DNA of 64,000 nt from Malacoraja senta (taxonomy: Eukaryota). The stretch covers positions 1-64,000 of the forward strand of contig JAXLNO010000096.1 in NCBI GenBank assembly GCA_038087875.1, written 5' to 3'. Position 1 is the first letter of the stretch. Every line of letters starts with the position of its first letter. Positions 26,937-40,217 of this stretch are shown piece by piece. A model generated the notes under the pieces. The model searched no databases and was not told where the DNA came from. It saw only the letters and a list, made by a program, of their open reading frames with translations. The translations under genes and the position numbers were made by a program.

Positions 26937-29900
26937 TGTAGTGGCCATTTGGCCTGTTTTACATGTCACTGATGATGGCATGTGCCTTTAAATTTTAGAC
27001 TGCCCGTTGTATTGTGGGTGGGATTTATGACGTGTTTTGGGGCGTGTTTGGAGCTTAGTTGCTTGCGCAGAAGTCTAGTTTTTAGATTAGTTTGGAGAGA
27101 CGACGGAGAAGGTCAAACCTTCGACCATGTCAATGTTACGGAGACACGAGGAGTTTTGTAATGTTTAAAGTTGCAAGTTGGAATTGAAGGAAGATTGCAG
27201 TAACGAGTCGGAAGAAACTTGGATGTATCTTGCTGTTTACCATCAACAATAAAGCATTTATTCAACAAAAGACTGTGTGTTGAAGCTTTATGAGTGAAGA
27301 GGCTCTGAAGGTCTCTGAGGAAGCTTGCATGCGTATCGAATATATTCCCCTTATCCATTCTCATTCAAATAGCGGCTAGAGAATTTGTTTCTCAAAAGAT
27401 AAGAAAAATCTGCCGTTACAATAAGTGTAAGGGTACCTCCGGCAGGGGGGTTAAATACTAGTCCCAGAGAGTGGGACAGAAGATTAAATCGAAGGGAACC
27501 TCCGGCAGGGGGGTTAAATACTAGTCCCAGAGAGTGGGACAGAAGATTAAATCGAAGGGAACCTCCGGCAAGGGGTTAAATACTAGTCCCAGAGATTGGG
27601 ACAGAAGATTAAATCGAAGGGAACCTCCGGCAGGGGGGTTAAATACTAGAAAGGGACATTGAGGGTGGTCTTTGATTGTGCTGCGGTCTTTAAAGGTACA
27701 TCGCTTAACAGTGAACTACTGCAAGGTCTAGACCTTACCAACTCACTCATTGGAGTTCTCATCAAACTTAGGCAAGAACCGATTGCTTTAATGGCTGACA
27801 TCAGATCGATGTTTCATCAAATGAAAGTAGCTGGTGAACATATTGATTACCTGCGATTCTTATTGTGGCCTGAAGTGGATGTGCAGCAAGATCTTGTTGA
27901 TTACCGGATGAAAGTACATCTCTTTGGAGCAGTGTCATCTCCAAGTTGTGCGAACTTCGCTTTAAGGAAGACCGCAGAGGATAATAAAGATTATTTCCCA
28001 GAGGAGGTTATTTCCACTTTGAAAAATAATTTCTACGTGGACGATTGCCTAAAATCCATATCTACTGGGCAGAAGGCAATTCAAATGGTAAAACACCTGA
28101 CCTCTCTCTGCAATAAGGGAGGATTTGTACTTTCCAAGTGGATCAGCAACAATCGTGTTGTATTGGAAAGCATTCCACCAGATGACAGAGCTGAAGAAAC
28201 CAAGGAGATGGATTTAGTTAAAGACAATTTGCCAATGGAAAGGGCACTGGGACTGCACTGGTGCGTGGAAACAGATGTGTTTAAGTTTAAATTGTCGATT
28301 CAGGAGCGACCATGTACAAGAAGGGGTATATTTTCTGTGATTGGCTCAGTATACGACCCTTTGGGATTTCTTGCTCCATTTACACTGCCAGCCAAGTTAA
28401 TTTTACAAAATCTTTGTAAGGAAAAACTTGGATGGGATGAGAGTATAACTCAAACATCCTCGCACCGTTGGCCAGAATGGTTAACGGACCTCCATAAAAT
28501 TTCAAAGTTGAAGGTGGATCGGTGCATAAAGCCTAAAAACTTTGGTAAGATCAGTAGTGCACAATTGCATCATTTTTCGGATGCCAGTGAAAGTGGTTAC
28601 GGGACTGTTTCATATTTAAGACTGCAAAATGTTAACAAAAGAGTGCATGTTGCATTCTTAATGGAAAAAGCCAGAGTGGCACCACTGAAACAAATGACGA
28701 TTCCCAGAATGGAACTAACAGCAGCAGTCTTAGCTGTTAAAATTGACATAATGCTGCAAAAGGAACTACAATTTCAACTGGAAGAATCTATCTTCTGGAC
28801 CGATAGCACTACGGTTCTAAATACTTCAATAATGAAAACAAACGCTTTATGACATTTGTAGCAAATAGAGTCTCCTTTGTATTGGGAGCTACTAATGTTT
28901 CTCAATGGAGATATGTTAGCACCAAAGAAAATCCTGCGGATGAAGCCTCTAGAGGACTAACAGCAAATTGCTTTCTAAATAACAGGAGATGGATCAATGG
29001 GCCCAAGTTTCTTTGTGAACCAAGCAAAGAATGGCCAAAGCTTGAACTCGGATTTGAAATCTCTGTAAATGATCCGGAAATTAAGCAAAACATTTCGGTG
29101 AATGTGATTGCTAAAGACTCATATGACAACATGAACAATTTAATTACCCACTTTTCACCATGGAATAAATTGATAACTTCGGTAGCCTGGTTTCTTAATA
29201 TTGCTGGCGGCTCGGGAAATGAGACAAATTACAGAGAGTACCCTGGGAGAGAATCCTGATGAACGGAAAGGAGAGATTGAAGGCCAGATGCAAGTTTTTG
29301 AAGCTTCATATGTCGTACAGGATTTACGTCTTGATGCTGTCCTCAAGGCGGAAAATGCGATCATCTCTTTCTGTCAAAGACAGAAATACAAAGAAGGAAT
29401 ATTAACATTGGAAGCTGGAGGACAGGGGGTGAAAAGAAACAGTCAATTGTACAAGCTCGACCCAGTCTGGGAGGAAGGTCTTCTGCGGATGGGTGGTCTC
29501 CTAAACAAATTGGCAATGCCCGTTAAAACTAAACGTCCTATCATTCTCTCAAAGGACTTTCACATAACATTATTATTAGGACATATTCATGAACAAGTTG
29601 GACATGGAGGAAGAAATTATATGTTATCCCAACTTGGTAAAAACTATTGGATTATCAAGGCTGACTCTGCAGCATCACGAGGTTCTTGGTTGATGGGAAG
29701 AATACTAGAAATCATGCCTGACGTTCGGGGTTTGGTGCGTATGGTACGTCTTAAAACAAAAAACTATGTTTTAATAAGACCAATAACCAAGTTGTGTTTG
29801 CTTCTAGAAGGCGAAGGTGAAGATGGAAGAGTCGATGAAGAGCCATGATTGCGGATATATAGTGCATGCTATTTTTTCCTCGTTAGTATTGTGTTTAGTA

Positions 29901-30551
29901 TCCCTGCCTGCCACGCGTTAGCCCGGGGTTCAATTTCCCGACGAGGAGCCACAGGGTTTAATTCCCTGACCGTTTGCTTTTGATATATGTATAGCCTTTA
30001 TGGCCATTTTTTTTAATGTTTATTAGTAATTGCCTCGTTAGATACTCGGAACAATTAGGAGCCGGTATGTAGTGGCCATTTGGCCTGTTTTGCATGTCAC
30101 TGATGATGGCATGTGCCTTTAAATTTTAGACTGCCCGTTGTATTGTGGGTGGGATTTATGATGTGTTTTTAGGCGTGTTTGGAGCTTAGATGCTTGCGCA
30201 GAAGTCTAGTTTTTAGATTAGTTTGGAGAGACGATGGAGAAGGTCAATCCTTCGACCATGTCAATGTTACGGAGACACGAGGAGTTTTGTAATGTTTAAA
30301 GTTGCAAGTTGGAATTAAAGGAAGATTGCAGTAACGAGTCGGAAGAAACTTGGATGTATCTTGCTGTTTACAATCAACAATAAAGCATTTATTCAACAAA
30401 AGACTGTGTGTTGAAGTTTTATGAATGAAGAAGCTCTGAAGGTCTCTGTGGAAACTTGCATGCGTATCGAAGATATTCCCCTTATCCATTCTCATCTAAA
30501 TAGCGGCTAGAGAACTCGTTTCTCAAAAGATAAGAAAAATCTGCCGCTACA
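26937..30551 (+). mobile_element. BEL/Pao LTR retrotransposon, internally deleted. LTRs 26937-27420 and 30068-30551 (484 bp each)
   Basis: TG..CA LTRs and PPT aattaggagccggta. RT (RVVFDC, FYVDD) and RNase H ([21 protein letters not shown]). gag, protease and integrase core are missing, and there is no TSD. Confidence 0.92.
27429..27649 (+). repeat. ~63-bp tandem repeat x3.5 inside the BEL element
   Basis: Units start at 27429, 27492, 27555 and 27617, with an internal hairpin GTCCCA-gagag-TGGGAC. Confidence 0.9.
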
Positions 30552-30870
30552 ACGATGTTGGGGGAGTCCAGAACCAGGGGCCACTGTTTAAGAATAAGGG
30601 ATAAGCCATTTAGAATGGAGACGATGAAACACTTTTTCTCAGAGAGTTGTGAGTCTGTGGAATTCTCTGCCTCAGAGGGCGGTGGAGGCAGGTTCTCTCG
30701 ATGCTTTCAAGAGAGAGCTAGATAGGACTCTTATAGATAGCGGAGTCAGGGGATATGGGGAGAAGGCAGGAACGGGGTACTGATTGGGAATGATCAGCCA
30801 TGATCACATTGAATGGCGGTGCTGGATCGAAGGGCCGAATGGCCTACTCCTGCACCTATTGTCTATTGTA
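30552..30870 (+). mobile_element. CR1 LINE 3' end
   Basis: Typical 3' sequence with a (CTATTGT)n tail. Confidence 0.75.
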
Positions 30871-31580
30871 GGATAACAAAGTAGTCGAAGTGTTTACAAT
30901 ACATTCGGCATTTCTGATCTGTTTAAATTCGGATGACATGACGTTGCAATTGGCTCCAGTGTCGATCTTTGCAACAGTAATGGTGTTGTTGACATGAAGT
31001 GAAACTTCAGGGTTGAGTTGCTTGTTGGTGGAAGCAACCAGGGAGTTTATGTTATGGCTGCTATCTTTATGCTCAGGGAGTAGAGCTGGAGGTAGCGCTG
31101 CTAAATCTTTGTTATTGCTATCAGCAGCTTCATGTTTTAACCAGTGTACGGACTGCCTTGGGAGTGATCGGATTCCACGAGTACTGCAACATTTTGAGAA
31201 ATTATTTCTTCTTTTGCAAAAATGGCATGTTTTTCCGAGAGCAAAGCAAAGTTTGCGATCTGCAGGGTGCGAGCCGCCACAGTTAGAACACTTTCCAATA
31301 ATCTTTGAGATTGTCAAGATGATGTGTGGGGTTGTGAGCGCTGGTTACGGTAGGAAGTGTCGATAGCATCGACATGGTATGAGGAGTGCGGTCCGGGTCC
31401 CAATGACCTGGTGTGAGAGGTCATGATCTCATTAATACGACAAGCATGTTCAGCTCGGGCAAGTGTCAGTTCAGTATCACAAAGTAATTCATCGCATACT
31501 TTATCACTGAGAATTCCACCCATAGGCTGTGGACCGAGCATCAAAAATGTGTCTAGAAATCCATTTTCGTGACCCACGTC
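30871..31580 (-). mobile_element. Gypsy-like gag zinc-knuckle/protease fragment
   Basis: CSNCGGSH...C..GKTCHFCKRRNNFSKCC and aspartic protease motif KIDTGANCNVM. Confidence 0.75.
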
Positions 31581-32239
31581 ACGGAGCTACATGAAATTTT
31601 CCACAGATTTAGATGAAATATAATTGAGAAGGATGTCATAACTCATCAGTGCCAAAGGTTGCACATTAATTAATTAAACTAATTAGAAAATGAAATCAGG
31701 GAAGTAAGCCATATAAATATGACTTGTAAATATGACTGTAATCATATATAATTAAGTATAATTATATCATATAAAAAATAATATGATGAATATAATTGTG
31801 TGTTTTTTTAATGACACTGTCGCAGAGGTCCCGCTCCTGAACCAGCCTAATTAATGGGTGAGGGCAGTTCTTGTGGGTTCCTCCCTTTACTGAACCCCAC
31901 TGACTGCCAGTGTGCAGAGTGGGGGTCACGGTCATAGTGGGACTGGGGCAGTTCCAGGCTGGGGGACAGCCCTGCAAGGCATCTTCCAGTCGCTTTAATA
32001 GGAAATTTAATGAGACTGCAGCAGAGGTCCCAGGTTTTAAGGGCTCACGAACCTGCCTAATTAAAGGGTCAGGACAGATCCTCTGGGTTCCACCGTTTAC
32101 TGAACCCCACTGACTGCCATAGTGGGGAGAGTGGGGGTAACGGCCATAGTGGGACTGGGGCAGTACCAGGCGGGGTGACAGACCTGTAAGAGACCTGTCT
32201 TATTTCTGATGTAAATGCCACATCCTGACCAAGAATCGA

Positions 32240-32921
32240 ATGACCGGGTTTATTCCGCTCCCCTGTGTGTTTAGAACATTATTTACATCAGTTTTACCCC
32301 AGACCGGGTTTATTCAAGATTCAAGAGAATTTATTGTCGTGTGTCCCAGATAGGACAATGAAATTCTTGCTTTGCTTCAGCACAAAAGAATATAGACGGC
32401 ATGAATACAGAACAGATCAGTGTGTCCATATCCATTGTACAAATATATACACACATGTATAAATAAAACAGATAAAGTGCAAATAAACAGATAATGGGCT
32501 ATTATTGTTCAGAGTTTTGATTGAGTTGAGTTCAATATCCTGATGGCTGTGAGGCTGTTTGTGTATTTTGTTCCCCTGTGTGTTTATAACATTATTTACC
32601 CGTTTTACCCCAGACCGGGTTTATTCCGCTCCCCTGTGTGTTTCTAACATTATTTACTGTTTTATACTGTATTATAACATTATTTACTGTCACTGTATGT
32701 CATGTTGTTACCTGTGGGCGGAGCACCAAGGCAAATTCCTTGTATGTGAATACTTGGCCAATAAACTTATTTACTTTACCTCAGTTTTACCCCAGACCGG
32801 GTTTATTTTGCTCCCCTGTGGGTTTATAACATTATTTACCCCAGTTTTACCCCCAGACCGGGTTTATTCTGCTCCCCTGTGTGTTTATAACATTATTTAC
32901 CTCAGTTTTACGCCAGACCTG
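32240..32921. repeat. ~50-bp minisatellite (ccgggtttattccgctcccctgtgtgtttataacattattt) interleaved with LINE tails
   Basis: Direct repeats are visible, and the array continues at 38504-39470. Confidence 0.8.
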
Positions 32922-34067
32922 TGATAAGGCTGAATTAAGTTAAAAATATAAGACGATATTAAATTGGTTCCTGGGCTAGCTTACAGCTTATATTTAGTCT
33001 CAAATTATGCTTTTCTCCAGTAGAATAATACAGAAAGGCAAGTTAAGTTGCCTCAGGTTGCGGGGTATTGAGATAATGAATACTATAACATTTGTCTCCC
33101 AAGTGACGAGAGAGGAAGCAGAGAAGAAGCTAGTTTGATCTATTTGATATGTAAATGCCTTGTACCAATGTCCGATGTTTATGAGGGAGGAGGTGACGAG
33201 AGAGGGAACTAGTTTGATCCAAGGGATTTTGACAAATGGCTGAGGTATTTGATATGTAACATGCCTTGTATCAAATGTCCGATGTTTATGAGGGAGGAAG
33301 TGATGAGAGAGGAAACTAGATTCATTAAGGGGCAATAACAAATGTCCAAGGCCGTTGAGATGAAATGTCCTTGTACCATATGACTAGACGCCTTTGATGT
33401 GACGAGACCACTCGGGCTCACCCTGAAGTATTGTTCTCTGTATCTCTGTATCTCTGACCATGACTAATGTTTGTGGAATGTGCTAAGGTGACAAAGAAAC
33501 ACTATATAATACGATGTAATTCTGTTGTTCGTAGAAGGGGATGAGGACTGTGAAGTGTCTGCATTGCTCACTTGACAAGAGTTCTCGCTTCCTTCCATCG
33601 GCCGCTAATAAGTAAAGTTTTGAACTGGTCTACCAAACGTTTGTGTGTTGTTTGTTTATTAAGAAGCGAACCTGTTTAGTTTGTATAATAAGTAATTTGT
33701 TTCATTGGGGTAGTTATGAAGGCCTCGCTGGGACCCCATCAACAGCTGACTATGCAAGAGGTTGCAGAGGTTGCCGGGATTGGAAGGGAGATAAATGAGC
33801 TCTATCGGCCCCCTTGTATGACCGACTCCCCTAGAAACTCCCGGGAACATCTGTGATCCTTCATCAGACGTTGAATTGGTTCCCTGCCGAGGTTCTTAGA
33901 AACAGACAAAAGTAAGACCAATTGGGCTTTGTGTATGTATTTTTTAAGAAGGGATTGTGTATGTATTTTTAAGAAGGGCTGGTGTATGTATTTTTAAGAA
34001 GGGGTTGTGTATATCTTTAAGAAGGAATTGAGCAGTTTCTCTCCCTTTTTCTATCTCTATTTTTTTC

Positions 34068-34098
<31 letters not shown>

Positions 34099-35479
34099 AT
34101 CTCTCTCCTTGTTTTCTCTTTTTTTCTCTCTCTCTACAAAGGGCTCGTCGGCCTTGTAGAGACATCCGTAGTTTGACGGGTTGAGATACAGGGGACGAGG
34201 TGTGCGCCTGGCTTGTTGAGACACCCGAACAGTTGTCGTGTTGAGAAATATGTGGCGCTGTTTTTTTAATAAGAGTTAAGAAGTCTGCCAGGTTGAGAAA
34301 CTGGGGTCTCGATTAGCGGGTCTGCTTAGTTGAGATACCTGGGACATTTATTTTTAAGGGATAAGGAGTCTGCCAAGTTGAGAAACTGGGGTCTCGATTA
34401 GCGGGTCTGCCTGGTTGATATATTTGGAACGGTTAAGAATTGAGAAGTCTGCTTTGTCTCTTTCTCTTTCTATCTTTCTCTTTATCTCTCTCTCTCTCTA
34501 TCTATCTATGGGGAATGCTCTGGATAACAGTCCAACATAGGTGTTATTTGAATCCTAAGTATAATAAGAAATATAGAATGTTCAGTTACAAGTTGACCAA
34601 ACGGTTAGGAGATGAAGCCTGGCCGGAGGGGGGCACATGGAATGTAGAGACAATTAAAAAAGCAGAGATGTTGATATGGGAAAGGAAGGCAGGAAAGAAA
34701 TGGAAGAAAGGAATTAAAGCATGGAAAGCGGAAGTAGAGAAGAAGCATGAGGAGAGTAGAGATCGAAGTTGCATGTAAGAAAGGGATAGAGTTAAGAAAT
34801 AAGGATGGCACTAGGAAAGGATGGGAAGTATTGCAACTAGAATGCCAGTGGGCAGAGGAACAAGAGAAAAGAATTAAGAGACAGGCAGGAGGTGAGAAAC
34901 AGGTGATGGTTAGTAAAAATAAACCCAGTACTGGTAAATCCTCTGGAGGAGACTTCATGTCTGGCACGACGACCCTGTTTGTTAGTGAAGATGAGGAGTT
35001 AGATAATCTTGGGAGATGTCCACCTCCCTTCATCCTACCAGTAGCGATGGCATCCTTACCTGTGACAGCTCCGTCAGTAATATCCCTATACCTTGAAGTT
35101 CTGACCTTACAAAGCTCCCCAGGATTGGGAGCACGGGAATGGCTTTCTGTGCGTTATTTGCTTAAGGCATTGATGATACCAGAACAGCTGGCCATTATTA
35201 AATGTGCTGCACACACTGGTGCTGGGGACCCTATAACGAAAGGCAACGAGTTTGCCGATAGTGTATCCAAACAAGCAGCCTGTAAATCCAAATGCTTAGT
35301 GACAGCAGGTAAACAGATACTAGCAAATAGAACGGTCCTGCCAAACATGAGGCAGGTATGTACATTACAGAGGTACGCCTCTCATATATAAAAATAACTA
35401 TGGAAACAAGAGAGCTGTGCCATTGATTCGGCTCACCCCGCTTGGACTAGTTGGTGTATACGATGCATTTTTACCCGTC

Positions 35480-36450
35480 TGACTAACATATATTCACTTT
35501 CTGCTGGTAAGGAGGGAATGATAAGGAAACGTGGTGGCACCCGAAAATTCGGCAAGAGCCACTGAAGCAGGCCTCTGAATGTAAAGTTTGCCAACAAAGT
35601 AATCCAGGCAAACCAATTAAGATACCCTCAGGGGTGATGCCAATGCCATCACTACCGTTTGAATGCACACAGATTGATTTTATTGAAATGCCAAGGGCCC
35701 AGTGTTATAAATATTGCTTAGTAATTTTAGATTTATTTAGCAGGTGGATTGAAGCTCTACCAACCACTAATAATACTGCTGAGACTACAGTAACATTGTT
35801 GTTAAGAGAAGTTATTCCCAGGTTTGGCCTACCTACTGTCATAAGCTCGGACAATGGTCCTCATTTTATTGCCACTATTAATAAGGAACTATATGCACAT
35901 TTTAAGATCCGGCAGCAATTTCACCGTGTACACCACCCACAGGCATCCGGTATGGTGGAAAGAGCCAATGGGGCATTGAAAAACAAAATTACCAAGCTGA
36001 TGGGAGAAATGGGACAGACATGGATTAAAGTATTACCCTTAGCATTATTTGAAATGAGGGTAAATCCCCACAGTGTTACAAAGTTATCCCCAGAAGAAAT
36101 TATCTACGGTAAACCTCTACAAACTCCCTGGGGAGCAAGCATTACTCATGAAGGAACCTTAGATTTACACGCATTAAATGATGAAATAATTACCTATGTT
36201 CAATGACTCACCCATATTCTGTCAGCATTGCATTTACAGGTAAAGGAGTCCCAGAGGCCGCTACCTGATGCTGACCAGCGCGAAATAGTCCAACCAGGGG
36301 ACTACGTACTTATCAGAAATTGGGACCGCAAGAAACTCGACCCCCGTTGGAACGGACCATACCAGGTGCTGCTGAGTACACCAACAGCAGTGAAGGTTGA
36401 AAACCATCCACGTTGGATACATCTCTCCGACTGCAAAAAGATTGGATACA
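35480..36450 (+). pseudogene. pol: ERV integrase (stop codons and frameshifts)
   Basis: ORFs 35634-36206 and 36228-36515 carry the DDE core and GPY/F motif. Confidence 0.85.
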
Positions 36451-36453
36451 AGG

Positions 36454-37689
36454 ATGGCACGAGTGATGCTCACTCTACTGACGGTCCTAACCATGGCCAG
36501 GGTAACATGGACTAATACCTATCTGGCTATGAGCCATGAGTTTGCCGTACGGGCAAATGGGACTGAATGTTGGGTATGCACCGGTGTTCCGACTAGCAGT
36601 AAGGAAGGAATTCCCTTGGTCCCCATTCCATTAAACCTTACCGAGAGACTAGCGATGAGGTGCTTCTGTAAAAGGCATAAAAAAACGTCCTGTCTAAAAA
36701 TGATACGGATAACAAATACCAAAAAGAAACAATAAACATCACCTATGGAGGGCCGAAATACAATAACTTTGAAGGATGGTACACCCCTCCCTTTAAACGA
36801 GATTGGAAAGTGAACGTGACAAATGCAGCAGATATACCCCAACTACAGATAGTAAGAGATTCGCACAGGCCAGTTAATACTACCTGTTTTTGCCACCACC
36901 AAGGCACAGGTGTATTCTTGGGAAACAGTACTTGTATGTCAACTCAGGCAGCCACCATTATCGGCCCACCACGACCAGTTAATGGCACATATTTTGTATG
37001 TGGATCCTGGGCCTAATTATGGTTACCAGGAATGCCGCCGGCAGATGGGGCAACTTGGGAACGACTAAAAGGACCCCATCACTGGACAGGGTGTTGTTAT
37101 ATTGCATATGTGGTCCCACGTATGAGAAGCATGAGCCAGTTGCACCAGCACATGGGGATTTCAAAGCGAAGCCTAACGAAGGCTGAGCAATTTTTTATGA
37201 TCCTCTTCCCGTCCTATGGTAGTATAGTAGTGTCACGAGAACTAATTACTATGGCCTCCGCTTTAGAGACACTTGCTAATGCCACTGCCGTCTCCTTGAG
37301 TGCAAGCCAAGGGGAGCTAGAAGGGGTGACAGCTGAGATGGTAGCTATGAGGACCGTAGTATTACAAAACAGAATGGCCTTAGATTTTATCCTAGCAGAA
37401 AAAGGAGGGACATGTACAATAATAGGTCGAGAATGTTGCACTTTTATTCCCGATGCTTCCTCCAACATTACCAACTTGGCTGCCCATATCAGAATGGAAG
37501 TAGCTAAAATAAGGAAGGTATTCCTTATTCGATGATTATAGCTTCGGGGGAGGTTGGTGGCCATTTAATATGTTTGGAGGGACTTGGGGAACGATTGTCC
37601 ACTATGGATTGATTGTATTACTAGTTGTACTATTAATTTGTCTGATAAGATGCTTATGGTCTTTCGTATGTACTCGGCAAGGACTGTAG
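36454..37689 (+). pseudogene. env: ERV gamma-type envelope (frameshifted)
   Basis: Signal peptide MARVMLTLLTVL, CWVC, furin-like ISKR, immunosuppressive domain VVLQNRMALDFILAEKGGTC, CTIIGRECC and a hydrophobic TM. Confidence 0.88.
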
Positions 37690-38503
37690 TTGTTATCAAA
37701 ATGTTGATAAAAGGATGGAATGATAAGGCTGAATTAAGTTAAAAATATAAGATGATATTAAATTGGTTCCTGGGCTAGCTTACAGCTTATATTTAGTCTC
37801 AAATTAGGCTTTTCTCCAGTAGAATAATACAGAAAGGCAAGTTAAGTTGCCTCAGGTTGCAGGGTATTGAGATAATGAATACTATAACATTTGTCTCCCA
37901 AGTGACGAGAGAGGAAGCAGAGAAGAAGCTAGTTTGATCTATTTGATACGTAAATGCCTTGTACCAATGTCCGATGTTTATGAGGGAGGAGGTGACGAGA
38001 GAGGGAACTAGTTTGATCCAAGGGATTTTGACAAATGGCTGAGGTATTTGATATGTAACATGCCTTGTACCAAATGTCCGATGTTTATGAGGGAGGAAGT
38101 GATGAGAGAGGAAACTAGATTCATTAAGGGGCAATAACAAATGTCCGAGGCCTTTCAGATGAAATGTCCTTGTACCATATGACAAGATGGCTTTGATGTG
38201 ACGAGACCACTCGGGCTCATCCTGAAGTATTGTTCTCTGTATCTCTGTATCTCTGACCATGACTAATGTTTGTGGAGTGTGCTAAGGTGACAAAGAAACA
38301 CTATATATTACGATGTTATTCTGTTGTTCGTAGAAGGGGATGAGGACTCTGAAGTGTCTGCATTGCTCACTTGACTAGAGTTCTCGCTTCCTTCCATCGG
38401 CCGATAACAAGTAAAGTTTTGAACTGGTCTACCAAACGTTTGTGTGTTGTTTGTTTATTAAGAAGCGAACCTGTTAAGTTGGTATAATAAGTAACCTTTT
38501 TCA

Positions 38504-39470
38504 CCGGGTTTATTCAAGATTCAAGAGTTTATTGTCGTGTGTCCCAGATTGGACAATGAAATTCTTGCTTTGCTTCAGCACAAAAGAATATAGACGGCAT
38601 GAATACAGAACAGATCAGTGTGTCCATATACCATTGTATAAATCTATACACACATGTATAAATAAAACAGATAAAGTGCAAATAAACTGATAATGGGCTA
38701 TTAATATTCAGAGTTTTGTTTGAGTTGAGTTCAATATCCTGATGGCTGTGAGGCTGTTTGTGTATTTTGTTCCCCTGTGTGTTTATAACATGATTTACCC
38801 CAGTTTTACCCCAGACCGGGTTTATTCCGCTCCCCTGTGTGTTTTAAATATTATTTACTGTATTATAACATTATTAACTGTCATTGTATAATAATAATAA
38901 TAATAGATTTTATTTATATAGCGCTTTTCAGGACTCAAAGTCGCTTTACAATTGAGAGACAGGAATAAACAAAACAAAATAGATCAGTAAGACAGAGGGG
39001 AGGGGAACATGGGACTAAGGGTATGCAGAGGTGAAGAGATGGGTCTTGAGGTGGGACTGGAAGACCCGTATGTCACGTTGGAACAACTGTATGTCATGTT
39101 GTTACTTGTGGGCGGAGCACCAAGGCAAATTCCTTGTATGTGAATTCTTGGCCAATAAACTTACTTACTTTACCTCAGTTGTACCGGGTTTATTCCGCTC
39201 CCCTGTGTGTTTATAACATTATTTACCCCAGATTTACCGGGTTTATTCCGCTCCCCTGTGTGTTTATAACATTATTTACCCGATTTACCCCAGACAGGGT
39301 TTATTCCGCTCCCCTGTGTGTTTATAACATTATTTACCCCAGTTTTACCAGGTTTATTCCACTCCCCTGTGTGTTTATAACATTATTTACCCGTTTTACC
39401 GGGTTTATTCCGCTCCCCTGTGTGTTTATAACATTATTTACCCCAGATTTACCAGGTTTATTCCCCCAGA
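38504..39470. repeat. Continuation of the ~50-bp minisatellite and LINE-tail unit
   Basis: Duplicates 32305-32920, with a pure array at about 39180-39470. Confidence 0.8.
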
Positions 39471-39799
39471 CGTGCAGTTTATGTGGTGATTTATTGATTA
39501 TTTACAGAGAGGGGGGGGGGGGGGGGTTGGGAGCCAGAGAGAGGGAGATGTTTATTTATAATGTGTTTTATCTGAGGACGCTGCTCCAGACGGTGAGTTT
39601 ATATAATTGAGCCCAGTTTGACCAGTTTGATTCCCCCAGACGTGGTTTATGTGGAGATTGCCCTCAGCTCTCTCTCTCTCCCCCCCACACACATGTCCAC
39701 ACACGTGACTGTACCGGCCTGTACTGTACTGTACTGTACTGTACTGTATGTGGTCATTGACCTCACTCACCCACTCACTTCTCCCCCACGTGACCCGAT

Positions 39800-40110
39800 C
39801 CCGCACAATCCGCTGCAGCCGCTGATCATCAGTTAGTTATTTATTTACCTCAGGTCCGTCGGCAGCGACGTCACCAACTGACGCTTCTCCGCCCGCCCGC
39901 GCGCCCGCCGCCATTTTCATGCGGTCGACGGGCAGACTCTGCCCGGGGGGGTGCGGGACCGGAGGGCGGCCATCTTGGTGAGGGCAGGTGAGGTCGGCAG
40001 CCGGCGGCCATCTTGGTGAGGGCAGGTGATGTCGACGGTTGGTGGTTGGGGCTTTGGGCGGGAACAAGATGAAGATGAAACCGGCGCCGAGACCCCGGAC
40101 CCTGGTGACA
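39800..40110 (-). promoter_or_regulatory. CpG-rich island with YY1-like motifs and a candidate first coding exon (39920-39849)
   Basis: High CpG density, aagatggccgcc x2 and aaaatggcggc. MKMAAGARAGGEASVGDVAADGPE is followed by GTAAAT. Confidence 0.45.
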
Positions 40111-40217
40111 GAAAGATGGAGAGAGAGAGATGGAGAGAGATCAAATAGAACAAGTTGTCCAACAACTTTAGGCTGTGCACGCCACACCAAAGAAGAAGAG
40201 AGAGAGAGGCTGTAAAG

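Larger units (their letters stand above)
32922..38503 (+). mobile_element. Class I (gamma/epsilon-like) endogenous retrovirus lacking PR/RT. LTRs 32922-33704 and 37721-38503 (783 bp each)
   Basis: TG..CA LTRs, PPT aaaaggatggaa, TSD CCTG/CCGG. Gag MA-like MGN..WPEGGT, RNase H C-terminus, integrase (QIDF, SDNGPHF, GMVERAN, WNGPY), and env with CWVC, SKR/S, LQNRMALD and CX6CC. Confidence 0.92.

Noticed and set aside
27429..27649. CRISPR-like repeat with internal palindrome
   Set aside because: Units are contiguous with no unique spacers, there are no cas genes, and the context is a eukaryotic LTR element.
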